DNA of 64,000 nucleotides. It comes from Marsupella aquatica. Taxonomy: Eukaryota; Plantae; Marchantiophyta. Shown here in pieces: positions 36,347 to 49,500 of the stretch. The translations under genes were made by a program, and so were the position numbers. The stretch is from the NCBI GenBank assembly GCA_973895155.1, contig OZ316897.1, forward strand, positions 13,763,375 through 13,827,374, given 5' to 3'. The notes beneath the pieces are model-generated. The model was not told where the DNA came from. It worked only from the letters and a program-made list of their open reading frames with translations, and searched no databases. Each line of letters starts with the position of its first letter. Positions within the stretch are counted from its first letter, which is position 1.

Positions 36347-39117
36347 ATGAAGCCGAGGAAACTTTGTCAGAGAGATCCAACCTACGTCTTCAAGAAGAGC
36401 AAGACGGCTCGGTGTGGATTTCTTTGTTGTACATTGATGATAAGCTTTGCGTTGACAGTGTTCCACGAAGAAATGTTCGTCGTCGACTTCTTTCTGCACA
36501 GTAAGTGCGGCTCCTTAGTTTCACTTCCTGCAGGCCAGTTCTTATTGAATTCGCTATTTGAAGTTGACTTGCGTCACCCTGAAACCTAGGAATTAAGCTA
36601 AGCCGTGTATATAACAACGTTCTCAATACTAACAGTTTCTTCATTGAAATTAGTCTCTTCAGCATTCTGCTCACGAAATCTATGATCTGTCTCAGAAGTG
36701 TCACTAGACTTGATTACTGGTAGGCGATATCTCAGGTTTTATGTCAAACGTTCAGAAGTGTTGCAGCTCACCAAAAAATTCTGAGGAGAGTTCTCTTCCT
36801 CTACTTTGCAGAGGAATTTCGTACTCTTGAGTTGTCAAGAATTCGCAGATGATAGACAGGTTAGGGAGAGATCTGATCATGTTTCTGAAATCTTACCTAG
36901 TAGTCGTGAGTCCTAAAGGTAGCGGTCTGGCACAGCCACAACAACTGCCCTCGAATGACAGACCAGGCTAAACACAGTACAGGAGTCAATGCGTGTATTA
37001 GCAACAATGACGCTTGTCGTTGTTAACACAGTCCATACGTACATGAGCCATGAATGAATGTGCCTACGAGGAACTACCCTAGAACAGCATATGGACTATT
37101 GTCTTTCTAGAGTTTAGACGGGTCGGTGAAATAATTTTACCGAGTAGCTTACACTCTACACCATTGTGTAAAGGTGCTACCAAGAGTCCTGGGTGATGGT
37201 ATTAATTTATTCATGGCCGGTCCAGATGGACATATTGAGCAGGCTAAATTGAGATCGATCTCTGCCATGATTAATTGTATCATTTTCAATCCACTTAATG
37301 GTATCCATGTACAGGGTTATATAGTGTAATGAAGAGCTAACTGGTGAACAGCAGTGCTACCTGAGAGTCACTGCTGAGAGTCACCGTCACCTATCAGAGT
37401 CAGATAGTACCAGCTAGGGAATGACTTTGATATATGTTTTCTATTTAATGGTGCAAAGAAGCCTTCCGAGTTACTAAGGAGCACCTATTGTAAGAGATCC
37501 ATAGTGGGGAGCCTTCCAGATTAGTCGAAGCTTCTGGCTTGAATGGGATTAACTAGAGTAATGAAAATCTCTGTAGATCAAATGTCTAATGTTTGTCTCT
37601 TCATTCTTTCAAACGAAGCTGCAGATCGATGGAGAATACCGATTCTCGGTAAGGATGGTCCACAGCAGGAAGCATTCTGGTGTGATCGCTTGAATAGGAG
37701 GACAGACGTTTGTCTCGTACGAGGCGACGTGCACGTAGTGACGGGTAACTCCAGCGCGGTAGTACTCCATTCTCGAATTTGTGAGCATTTTAGTAGCTGT
37801 GGTCGAGTCGAGACTATACGGCCATACACTCGTAAGTGGGAGAAGCAGACCATGGCGACAGTGCAAACAGTGACCCTCAAGTGTGATATCAATTATGACA
37901 GCAAGGAAAGCTCACTTTCTCCTATTGATAAGACCTCAGATCATACAACCAGCTTATGTGACGATATCCATTCAGTTCCTGCAGTGTTGTTCTCGTCCGC
38001 CGGATTTACTGGAAACCCCTACCACGACTTCCAGGATGTCCTCATCCCTCTGTTCATCGTCTCACAGCACTTGAAAGGCCATGTAGTGTTTGTCGTCAGC
38101 GACATCAGACCTTGGTGGGTCGAGAGATGGAGTGACGTCCTGCATCAGCTGAGCCGTTATCCGATCATCGATTTCAAGGAGGAAACTGGTCAGCATTGCT
38201 TCCCAGAGGTCATGGCTGGTCTTTATATACACCGAGAGTTCGGGGTGTCACCCTCCTTGATGCCGAATGGCGAGAATATGGAGGACTTTCAGAGACTCCT
38301 GTACCAAGCGTTAGCGTCTCCAAAACTGAAGAAAAGTAAAATCCCTGGTGGGTTTTCAAACCGACTGCAGCCGCGCGTGAAACTCTTGCCGACGCAGCAG
38401 CTGCAGACTCGGCGACCCAGGTTACTAATTATTGCGAGAAAGGACACGAGAGTCCTGATCAATCAAGAGGAAGTGGTGGACCTTGCTCGAGAGTTGCAAT
38501 TCGACGTGATGGTCGTGACACTCAGCGACAAAATCGATCTTCAGACTATCTACGGGTACGTACAAGATTATAACAATCGAATCGACAATCGTATCACATC
38601 ATTTAATTAATTGATACATATAGGATTTGAAACGCGAGAACTTTTGAAACAAGACACGTTTTACCTAGCCTGTCTGACCTACTCTTCCAAATTGACTCAG
38701 CTCGAGCTTGATGGACGACACGCTTATGCCTGCAGGTGGTTTTATACGAGCGACGTGGTAGTGGGAGTTCATGGAGCAGAGCTTGCCCACATTGTATTCA
38801 TGCGAAGGAAAGCAGTTTTGGTACAAATTGTTCCGCTGGGAACGGACTGGCCGGCCAGTCACTATTATGCAAGCCCAGCAGTCCATGACCTGGGTCTGAA
38901 TTACATGGAATACAAGATCAAACCAGAAGAAAGCTCGTTGAGCAAGAAGTACGGCCTATGGCACCCGATTGTGCGCAAGCCGGGCCATTATATAAAGAAA
39001 GGATGGGCGACTCAAAAGCAGCTGTATCTCACGGAACAAAATGTGAGCCCATCTCCAACAGCCTTGAGAAGAAGTCTGGTCGCCGCCAGATGTATAGCCT
39101 CATCTGCATTTCCCTAA
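36347..39117 (+). CDS. Glycosyltransferase family 61 (DUF563), ~488 aa; exons 36347-36500, 37625-38555, 38736-39117
   Basis: N-terminal membrane anchor. Motifs CDRLNRRTDVC, IRPYTRKWE, GFTGNPYHDFQDVLIPLF, HCFP, VGVHGA, QIVPLG and YKIKPEESSL. GT-AG intron phases are consistent. Confidence 0.92.
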
Positions 39118-40269
39118 CTTACTAGAGATGAAAAAATCTCCATGTTATGAGCATTTTCCTCCTAGCTAATCGATCCAAGTTTTGTTTGGAAGAGAAAACA
39201 TAATAAACTGGTACACATTCTCTGTGTGCAACACCAGAAAGATAGATTTGCCACATCGACGTGAACGTCAGAGTCAGAGCCGGTCAGAGTGTAAGTTACC
39301 ACTGGGCATATATCGCTGGGGTAGATGAATTTGTAGGCAATCCATTTACGCAGTGGACTCGAAATGAAAATACTGATGTCGGCGTATTTGGAACCATAAT
39401 AGTAACTGCTTGAACAAACAGTTTACCACGTGTGCGAGCACTCACAGTACATTTCGAGTGCTTACTGATATCTTCCACTGGTGTTCTACCGGCCTCTAAT
39501 CCTCTCATAATTACAGCTACAGTAGCTCTGCCTTTCTTGATCGAGTCTCTTTGTTCTTCCATCCTGCCCGTGAGTGAGTGAGATCCTTCCCCGGCCCGAC
39601 CTGCCTGGGACTTTGGCCTGGCTATGGTATACGTATGATATTTTCGAACAGCAACACCAATGTCTTCGCTAAGTGGTTCCATTCGAACCTAATGTTGCCT
39701 GCTTACAAGTTTGTAGTTCTTCATGGATTGTTCTTCATGGATTGTGTACTACATCTATGCCCCAAGGAAGCTCTTCCCCGTGCTGTTACGTAGAAATATT
39801 GGACAATTATCCTCTGACTCGGTAAGGTTATTGTATAATCTATCAAAGAAAGCCTTTAGACCCTCACAGGAACTGTTGGGGGCGAACCTGGAAAGGGGCA
39901 CTAGAATGAATGAGGCCTCCGGAGAGTGGCACAACACCTATTTACTAACAATGTACTTTAGAATGAACTGTCGATCAGTAGACCGTGGCACAGTAAAAGT
40001 TGCTAGATCATGGCAAGACCCGGAAATGCGCACGATAATATTGACCACCTATTTACTAACAAAACGTACTCGGGTATTGACCATCTATTTACTAACAAAA
40101 TGTACTCGGGTATTCAGGCTATTTAGAATGAAGCACCCATCTATTTACTAACAAAGCCCGGACATTCAGGCTAGTTACAATAGAAGGCTAGTTGTTGGAA
40201 ATGAACCACACTCGAACTAAGATGGATACAGCCACAAAGGGCTCGAACTAAGATGGATACAGCCACAAA

Positions 40270-40340
40270 GAGCCTGTAGCTCAGTGGTAGAGCACTACGA
40301 TGTACATGGGAGGTCCTAGGTTCAATTCCTAGCCGGTCCA
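40270..40340 (+). ncRNA. tRNA-like Pol III module in TRIM LTR1 (not a functional tRNA)
   Basis: A-box TAGCTCAGTGG, B-box GGTTCAATTCC and an intact T-stem; anticodon arm is degenerate. Confidence 0.75.
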
Positions 40341-40464
40341 TGCTCTTGAAAGTTCCAACATGATATCATAGCCAAAGAAAAGGAGTTTCCCTTGGAGCGA
40401 GTGCGGCTCAAGGGTGGGTGTTGGAAATGAACCACACTCGAACGAAGATGGATACAGCCACAAA

Positions 40465-40535
40465 GGGCCTGTAGCTCAGTGGTAGAGCACTACGATGTAC
40501 ACGGGAGGTCCTAGGTTCAATTCCTAACCGGTCCA
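40465..40535 (+). ncRNA. tRNA-like Pol III module in TRIM LTR2
   Basis: GGGCCTG..CCGGTCCA acceptor-like stem with a G3:U70 pair (tRNA-Ala-like), plus A and B boxes. Confidence 0.75.
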
Positions 40536-43500
40536 TGCTGTTGAAAGTTCCAACACTAGTTACAATAGAATGAAAGACTGTGTGTTACTGACCATTCGAC
40601 TTTATGTTTTGGAATATATAAAGCAAATTAACTGGAATGTGAGAGAATCCGCCCAAAGAATTTCAAATAATAAACTAAATGATGTTTTATCTGAATCTAT
40701 AGGCAGGAAGAGTGCAGTGATCTGTTTGCAGTGAGTCGTTCATCACACAAAAATCGTACACTCCTATATTATTGAGAGAAGATTTTGCACCCTAACCATT
40801 TCCGCTCATATGAACATTCGATTGAATGGCTGGCTATTATCCTTCGACCATTTCCGTTCATATGAACATTAGCTTGAATGGCTGGCTATCATCCTTCACT
40901 ATCTGGCACCAATATTGCTTTCTCTGTTTTCATTACGGTTCCAAATTGAACAGGTGTGAAGCAATAGATCGAGCAAGAAACATGTGCACACCGAAGACTC
41001 TGAGTGAGAGAAATTGCAGAGAAAGAGAATGAATGTTCCGTAACTTTAACAAGGTTTTTCCTGTGAGCAGAGAACACGCGAAGCCAACATTGAATTCCAG
41101 TTATGTTCAAACATTCTACAGCTCGCATAGGCACGGGGCATAGCACGACACAAAAGACAAAGAAACGTCCTCTGCTACCCTGCACCTAAACTCCCTTAGT
41201 TGGCTCTAACTTTCAGGGGAAATTCAGGGTAACTATGGTCTGGTTAAGCAAATACAGAGGAGAAAACGCCAGTTTCCACCTCACAACAAGCTTGGCATAG
41301 ACATAATCTTTGCCAAAAACTCTTTCCGGAATTTGGTCTTACAATGGTAAATTATATATAGACAGTTGAGAGTCTCATCAAATCGGGAATAATCAACTTG
41401 GCTGGCTACAGTAGCTCCTGGATAATTTTCCCTTCAGCCTCCTGAAGTTCCTTATTAACTGATGAAACTAATCATATTGGACAAAATACTTTTATTGAGA
41501 TAGTTTGACAATTCCAAGATGATAGAATAAATTTGGTTGAATGTTGTTTCACAATGGGCTTCTAGCCTGAGTTGGACATGAAGCTGAAGATAACAATGAT
41601 TGAACCTAGAGTTTAGAAGTATTGTAATAGTACGAGAGTGGGGCTACCATTGTAGATGCAGATGAAATGTGGAAGTAAAAGCACAGGGAGACACTGAGAT
41701 TAATGAGAAATAGTAATTATGGACCCAATGGGAAGTGCAACCAGCAAATTTTTAGTCACGTACAGAAACAATGGTGTTTTCAAAAACAATACACTTTAGT
41801 CACATACAGGAACAATTATGTTTTCAACAAAAAAACACACAAGTGTTTGTGTTTGATTTCAACTCAGGGCCTCAATCAAAGGGGTGTCCTATATCACTCT
41901 CAAAGTTTTAGGGGAATAATTAAGCACCCTAAAACTTACATTAATAAAGTTTTTTGGGGATTTTTTACCTCTAACTTAATGCAATATTCTTGAAGTATTC
42001 CTAAATTTGGAATTAAAAAACTCTAATGTTCTTCAACAAAAATTTAAAAGTCTTTCACTAAACCCAATAAAAAAACCTGTACTTATTTGTGCGTAACTAA
42101 TTGGAAGAAAATAAGTGAGGACGCCGGGGATTTCAGGCAAGGAAAAATAATTCAACCCAATAATTATAAAAATAATAAAAAAGGAAAACAAATCTGAATG
42201 GGTAAAAACAAAGTAACCGGTTGGATGTCTTGTGAAGCGATGTATAGTGTTTCAAAACTTGTATTTTTCAAATTTTGTAAATTTCTGAAAAAATAAACTA
42301 GTAGAAATGTAAATAATTAGAACTTGTTTGCTCTGTCAAGCTCTCCAGAACTTGTAAGGGCAAATAGTTCCTCTACTTTTGCTAAAGTTAGAAAGAATAA
42401 TGGAGAGCTTATTCTACTTTTGCTGAAGTTACAAAAAATAAAGATATCGCATGTCTTATAATTAAGTGTAAGGCCTTGTTTCAGGAGCATTATGGGCAAT
42501 AATAGCTGGTCAAATCTTTAGCTTGTGATCTAGTTTTTTCCGGGCATTATATTCCATAATGCTTTTTGAGGCATTGCTTTTAGGGGCACTTAGGTGTCTC
42601 AAAGCTGACAATTTGATGGACCTTAACTCTTGTGAGACGGGTTACTTATGGACACAAAAAGATACTGAACCACAAGGATTGGTCTTATGCTAGTACCATT
42701 AGTCAATGTAGAGGCTAGTTACTGAAAAAAAAAACTTCAACATAACCTTGTGAAAAAGTTATGACCATGATTGCTTTACAGGTTGCTTTATTGCCCAATG
42801 CCATCATCTTTCAAAGCTTTGAGAATGTCATCATCCGTAATTTTAGAGCTTTTGATGCCCTACTACATACAATCTATTCCCGACAATAGCAAAGGTTGAT
42901 CATACCAAAAAATCAGTTTTGGTCAAACAAATGAGTTTTATTCATTTTCTTATTGGTTTGTTGAAGAGATGCAATTGTTCAGCCATATTGAAGGCACCTT
43001 GCCATGTTTGGTTTAGAATGAACATGGGTCACAGTTCTGATGGGTCATTTTGTAAGTAAATAGTTATCTCAGTGAGATGGCCAGATTGAAATCTGTCATC
43101 ATTTAATCAGTGAGCCTCTATAATGGCCAATTTTTTTAGGTTCAAAATACAAGGGGGATTTGAGCTCTATATTATTTAATAGCCCCAGCCGATTATGTTT
43201 TTTGGATGATATACTGGTCTAGGTAAACTTGTTGTGACTACAAAAATTCTGGATTGTTGTTTAGACTTCTTGAGCACAACATTGAAGAGGACCCTACAAT
43301 ATCTTGAGTTCCATGGATTTGTTAATGATAGGTGACAAGTGCACTTTGTTCACATCTAAGTTCACATGCCTCTACCTATTAACCATGTTGAGGATGATGT
43401 AATATGATCAATTGGCTATCTGTTAATTGTCAAGCCCTAATTTTCTACAAACCTCAACCGGGGATAAAACTTTTACAAAAAATTTAAGTGCTAGCAATGC

Positions 43501-44429
43501 TCTTATATATTTAATTTGGACTGAGGAATGAAATTGTATGTCAGATGTAACATGCATCTAGAGTGCGCACTAGGTAGTGACAAGTTGATTAGTTCTAGTG
43601 CGCAGTACAAAATCACACATGTTTACAAGGTGCCTTAATTAATTAGAGCTGTCATTTCTAATAGATGTGATTTTTTTCTTTCCAATTTTATTTGATGTCC
43701 AATTTTCCTACCTTGCTGCCCCCCATTTTGCCTCATACTTGTTTTCCCTTATCCCTTTTTGCTGCCCATTGTTGTCTTGTGCTACCCCGTTGTCCCTTGT
43801 TGAATGATAGCATCCTTGCCTTTCATGACTATTGCCCATAATTTGCCCAATTTTATTGTTGAAATTGGTATCACCATTGCAATTGGCAACAAAAATACAA
43901 AAGAAGCCTTGGTTGAATTTCACACTCCCAGCATTTTGAAATTAGATTGATATAATCTACAATCATCATGCATGTGTTGGGAGAAGACAATAGTTCAATC
44001 CTGATTGCAACCTCAAAGCGGTTAGTACCAGAGTTTGACGCTGGTAGAGATCAGTTGGAATCCCTTTTCTTAGACGCTCTCTTCCCGACAGCTCACACTG
44101 GGTATGGGAATTGAAGGTGCATAGAAAACATATCACCTCAAATTGGCAGCTGTTTCATGATACCTCAAACTAAGCCACTACGCACCTTCAAGGTACAAAA
44201 TGGCTATCTGTCCCGATCGAAGCACTCTGCTCCCCCTGCTGCTGATTTACTGTTATCTCGTGTGTTGAGTAAGAAGTTCGATTCTAGCACTTCAATCAGA
44301 AATCGCATTGGCAACCCGACATGCGACTTTGCTATTTTATTGCAATACAATTGTTGAGATGGTACACCCTTCCTTGACACCTGCACGGGCCACCTAAGGA
44401 AGCTACAGGGACAAGCAAGGACTGGGATG

Positions 44430-44880
44430 CACAACGCCTTGACTAAATGGGCTTGGATACTAGACTGGTACCATGGCCCCAAGGTCCTATGGAGCAATAC
44501 CTGGCCAGGTGCCTTTCAGGCAGTGGCAGAGAACTGTTCCTTAGGGCAGCTCATCTACAGAATCCTTGCAACCCAACATTGGTGGAATCTTTGACTCCCA
44601 GTTTTTGATGAGATAACTTGGTGCACCCGATGTAATCTGCAGCAACAAGAAGACATCATGCATTGCATTTGGAGTTGCCCGGTCTCACAACTCATCTGGA
44701 ATTGGGCGCAATACACTCTCACCTTGGCTTCAACCCCTGCTTCAACCTTGGTAGTATGACTGTCAACTTGCAACCAATCCACATTTTTGTAGCTGAACGT
44801 ATGCCAGATGAGTGGGGTGTACCAAATAAGTGGCATATCATGTGTGCCATTGTCTGCTGGAATGTATGGAGAAACTGAAG
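44430..44880 (+). mobile_element. L1-type LINE ORF2 C-terminal fragment (zf-RVT)
   Basis: QLIYRILATQHWW, WCTRCNLQQQEDIMHCIWSCPVSQLIW and AIVCWNVWRN; interrupted. Confidence 0.75.
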
Positions 44881-44884
44881 CTCT

Positions 44885-45170
44885 CACTTTATTGAACACA
44901 CTAGATCCAACCCACATGCTGTCATACAACAGGCGACTCTCACTTTATCGAACACACTAGGTCCAACCCACATGTTGTCATACAAAAGGCTTGGCACCAG
45001 CTTGGAGTGTACCTTTGCATGGACTGGGCCAGACAGCAGGCAAAGGTAAGGGCAGGGAAGTCCACCCCCACATGCTGTCATACAAAAGGCTTGGCACCGG
45101 CTTGGAGTTTACCTTTGCATGGACTGGGCCAGACAGCAGGCAAAGGTAAGGGCAGGGAAGTCCACTGCTG
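44885..45170. repeat. Nested tandem duplications (~57 bp and ~100 bp units)
   Basis: CCCACATGCTGTCATACAA x3; GGACTGGGCCAGACAGCAGGCAAAGG x2. Confidence 0.85.
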
Positions 45171-45804
45171 CAAAGGCCTACCAAGCCATGTGTTTTGATT
45201 AAGGGACACACTCAAGACTCTGGGAAGTACATGAGGACATACTTCAGGTTCCCCCGCCCCACCCTGCCTTCAATATGACCTGGGTTCACAGGAATTGATT
45301 CTTCATTGCTAGATACACCTATAGATAAGTAAGCCTATTTACCCACTCAATGGAACCTTGAGCACTGTCTGGCCAGTCTCATGGAGGGTACCTCATGGAG
45401 AGTACTTCTCTTGTTGCAGTAGTTAAATTTCTTGTTTGGCTACCTCCTGAGCTTACTTTCTTTCCTGGTAGAGCCCCATTGGTGGTACTTCTCTTGATCT
45501 GTAGTTAAATTTCTTGTTTGGCTATCTCCCAAAGTTACTTTCTTTCGTGGTACCTCCCCATTGGTGTTGTCCCCATTGGTGTTGTTTGCAGACCTCTGGT
45601 CCACCTTTGGCGTTGCCTTTGGTTCACCACCTGTGGCGTTGCCCTTGGTTCACCTTTGACGTTGCCTTTGTGGCCGCCTCTTTGTATGCTACCTTTGTGA
45701 ATAGAATTCAAAAAAGACTTGAAAAAGAAAGCCACCCGTGTACAGGAAGATGTTCGAGTGTCTCGTTTCTCCCTACTGCACACTTTCAGCTGATTTCAAT
45801 GGCC

Positions 45805-46380
45805 GACAATTGCACTCCTGAAATTCAATTCGGTTGTCTTGGGTGTTGAGGACTTGGAAAGTACACACCGTATCTCAGTGGGAAGGGATCTGGGTTTTGG
45901 TTCGGTGAAGTGTGGCGTTTCTACGGAGACGGATGGATCACATTCCACAGCATTGGACGTTGGAGACACGGTTGATTCCACAGGTTGATTGACCAGCAGA
46001 CGAATGCACTTACCTGGATTTCAATGAGGTTGTCTTGAAGGCTCCCTGTTTGGGTGTTGAGAACTTGGAAAGTAGACACCGTAACTCAGTGGAAAGGGTT
46101 TTGTTCGTTTCAGGTTAGGTGAAATGTGGACTGGTCGGTCAGACTCATCGGAGACACGGTTGATTCTACAGATTGACTGACCAGCAGACGATTGCACTCA
46201 CCTGGAATTCAATTTGGTTCTCTTGATGGCCCTCTGTTTGGGTGTTGAGGAATTGGAAAGTGTACACCGTGGCTGAATGGCAATGGTTTTGTGAGATTTG
46301 GGTTTTGGGTCGCTGAGATGTGGCGCGGAGCACAGATGTGGGAGACACGGTTGAGTTCACAGATTGATTGACGAGCAGTG
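45805..46380. repeat. ~190-bp diverged tandem array x3
   Basis: GGGTGTTGAG..TTGGAAAGT..ACACCGT and GGAGACACGGTTGA each occur three times. Confidence 0.85.
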
Positions 46381-46546
46381 TGGGTTTCTTGATCTGATGG
46401 ATTGATTGACTGACTGAGTGTCTGACTGTCGAGTTCATTTCGAAACGAGAGGTATTTCACCGTAGAGATTGGATTGCGGTATTGATTGCAAAACATTTGG
46501 TGGGTTTTCGGTCTACATTAGCAACAGGGGGAAAGCAAGGCCGTCA

Positions 46547-49500
46547 ATGCTTTCCGTTCGCTCTTCTATCCTTCTGGGTGTTTACGACGCGAAAGATTTC
46601 TCCTCCTTCTTCTTGGCTGCAATAAAGGACGGGAATTGTCATGATGTATCGCGGCCGAAGGGAGTTGACTGGGGTTGGGTAAACCCGTGGCACCAGCATT
46701 CCCTGACATCGGCCACTGTTACTGCGAGGGCAACAGGAAATTCTGGAGAGCCCGCAGAGACTTCATCAAATTTTCCGGTACTGTTCTCCTAAATTTCCCC
46801 GCAAAAAGCCTCGACTATGTCATGACTGTGCCAATGTGTTTGTCGAATACATAAGCTGCTTGAAGAAGCTGGAGATCAGTAACAAGTTTTGTAAGAAACC
46901 AGAATATAAGGCAGATGTGACTCCTAGTGTTGTCTCACTGCATTCTCTACTTCTTGTGGAACATATGGACTTGGCGGGGGCAGCTTGAGTGGGATCCCTT
47001 CGAAGATCTTTTCGGACTTGGAGTGGACCTTCGATCTCGGTAAGTGATGGGACCCCTCTAAAAACATAGCATTGGCCTTGAAATAATAGCTATTACATTT
47101 TCCGAACAATTTTATTGGAATGAAGACTACCAGTACTTGAAGAAACTTGTAAAAATTACTTCAGGGATTTCCCCAATTGTAGAGATATTCTTTTAAGACC
47201 TCACTTTCCACTCTCTAGTGATGCAGTGAAGCATTTTGAACCTAGGAGATAGTAGAGCCTCTCAAGCCAATGGGTTTACCAATATAATGGTACATAATAG
47301 AATGACTTTTCCCTCTGTTGTTTCCTTTTGTGCGCTTCGTGCTTTCCACACATAATTTCCAACCAACTCTTGACAAATAATATTGTTGCATCTCAGGTGA
47401 GAGCATCATTTTAAACACTTCTCACCTATGGTACGTTGGTGGAAAACCTGGCTCGAGTTTCCGAGCGGCATGATGCTAAAACCATCATGACTTGAATCCA
47501 GACAACATACAAGCAGCTAAAACCATCATGGCTTGAATCCAGACAACATATAAGAAGGAGCCTTTAGGACATTTATGTGAACTCACTTATGTTGCTGAAG
47601 TATTTTGTGAATACTGCCAAAGCAAGGCCTTTCATCTCAAATTTACTGATTGTCTCCAATAATTGTAAGCTCTTTGCTATGTTTTATTTAGCTCTCTGAA
47701 TTCTGAATGATAGAATCCTCAAACTGACAAACGTTGTTTATGCAGAAAAAAGCCTTCAGTAAAGAAACCGAGGGAGAAGTATGAACAGGAGATGCCCTGC
47801 CCCACTTGTGATGGCCGAGGTTACTTACTTTGTCCCCATTGCAACTTAAGGAAATCAGAAGATCACTGTCCTTACTGTTCTGGAAGGGTAACATTTCTCA
47901 CTTGAGCTCCTTTGGTGTCCACTATCTTTTACCAACTGTCAAAATCCTAGACCAAAGGATTGGACAAAATTTGGTATCCTGACAGCTTGGTTTGATTATT
48001 GCTTTCTGTACCAGGGATACCATGATTGTCCGCTGTGCCATGGGGAGTGCGTAGTCTGGGAAGATTATGTCAATGAGTCAATATCACGGGCCAGTCATCA
48101 TTCACGGTCTAGCTCTTTCGTCTGGACTTGAACTGTCCAGATTTCCATGTCTCCTTTCATCAAGAAACTTCTTATGCACGTCGGATGATCACGAGTTTGT
48201 TAATTGGTCACAGTCCCTTTGCAAAATTGTTCAGATTGTGATAATGGAATTGACATTTCATCACTGCTTGTCCATCGTATTCTTTGGCTTAGGTCACCAC
48301 GGCAGATTGCTGAAGATGAGGCTATTGAAAGTATGGCAATTACTCCTGTTCCGAAGAGGAAAACGAGGAGAGTGTACGGACGTCCTCTACCAGAAACAAT
48401 AGAGAAAATCAGGCGTGCTCTGAAGGTTAGGACGAAACTTTTGTCGGTCAAAGAGATACACAGTTCTCTGTTAATCCGACTTTTGAGACTCGTATATTCA
48501 AGTATGTGACTTTTGAGACTCGGATGCAAGTATGTGCAAAATAATGCTTGCGATAAAGTTCTTGTGTGGGTTGCACAAGTTATGACATATGTCCCCGCAT
48601 TCAATGAAGTGCTACAGTGCGAAGAGCTAAGTGATCGCCATGCTGAGGACTATGTCTCTCTAGAAAATATGTTCAATAAACCCTACATGCTAAGCGGATG
48701 GACCTCGGCTACGTTCCGATACAAACAGTAAGTATCGGTTGGTGTGTATTTCAGGATTTGGAGGCTCGTACTGGTTCAATCAGCAAAAGAATGAGGAAGG
48801 TTCACCTGGATCCGGTTCTGCGTGCCCAAAGGACAGCAGCTATCAAGGCAAGGGAGCCTTCTAAGACTTCACTGTGTTTCGGTGCATTTTGGGCTTCAGC
48901 AAGCTTGGGGACACTTACTCTGAACATTCGATGCTTAATTCCTTCTCTGGAGCTCAGATGTCTGTGAATGCGGATACTTAGCTTTTGCTCTTCTTTTCTT
49001 CTTGCTTCTTGGGGACGCTTACTCTGAACATTCGATGCTTAATTCCTTCTCTGGAGCTCAGATGTCTGTGAATGCGGATACTTAGCTTTTGCTCTTCTTT
49101 TCTTCTTGCTTTGTCAAGTTAATAATGTCGACATCGATGAGTGATAATCGCCCCAAGTAGTTTCTTTATTACTTTTTCAGGTTATTTCTTAAAGTCATCT
49201 GCCAGTAGCAACATTTTTCAACGGAGATCCAAGATATTTCTCAATAACTGAAGGGGTGCATCAGGTGTTGTAAATACAAAGATGTCATCATGTGCTTAAG
49301 AATCTGCTTAACCAGAACTCTTGTTGAAATAAAGTCCTCCACTTCTCTGTGCAAATAAGGGGGATAAATGAAGGACAAAATTAACAAATTGACGGATGAT
49401 TGTCTTGCAGAAAGCTAGGGGAACCGACGAAGCAAGAAAGCATACTTCGCAGAGACTGAAAGAATATTTTAAATCGCCAGAGAATCGCCTCAAACACAGC

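Larger units (their letters stand above)
40193..40555 (+). mobile_element. TRIM (miniature non-autonomous LTR retrotransposon) with tRNA-like sequence inside both LTRs
   Basis: LTR1 40193-40360 (includes a 31-bp duplication) and LTR2 40419-40555. Termini TGTTGGAA/TTCCAACA, TSD CTAGT, PBS-like TGATATCATAGCC, PPT AAGGGTGGG, 58-bp internal region. Confidence 0.93.

Noticed and set aside
37543-37624. ORF-track start of GT61 at 37543 and a separate ORF at 38611
   Set aside because: Both are intronic extensions; the spliced model from 36347 is phase-consistent and supplies the membrane anchor.
40270-40535. Two functional tRNA genes
   Set aside because: The anticodon stems do not pair properly, and both copies lie inside the LTRs of a TRIM.
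40700-40722. miR408 target-like site (GGCAGGAAGAGTGCAGTGA)
   Set aside because: The match needs several indels and is not in a recognisable transcript.
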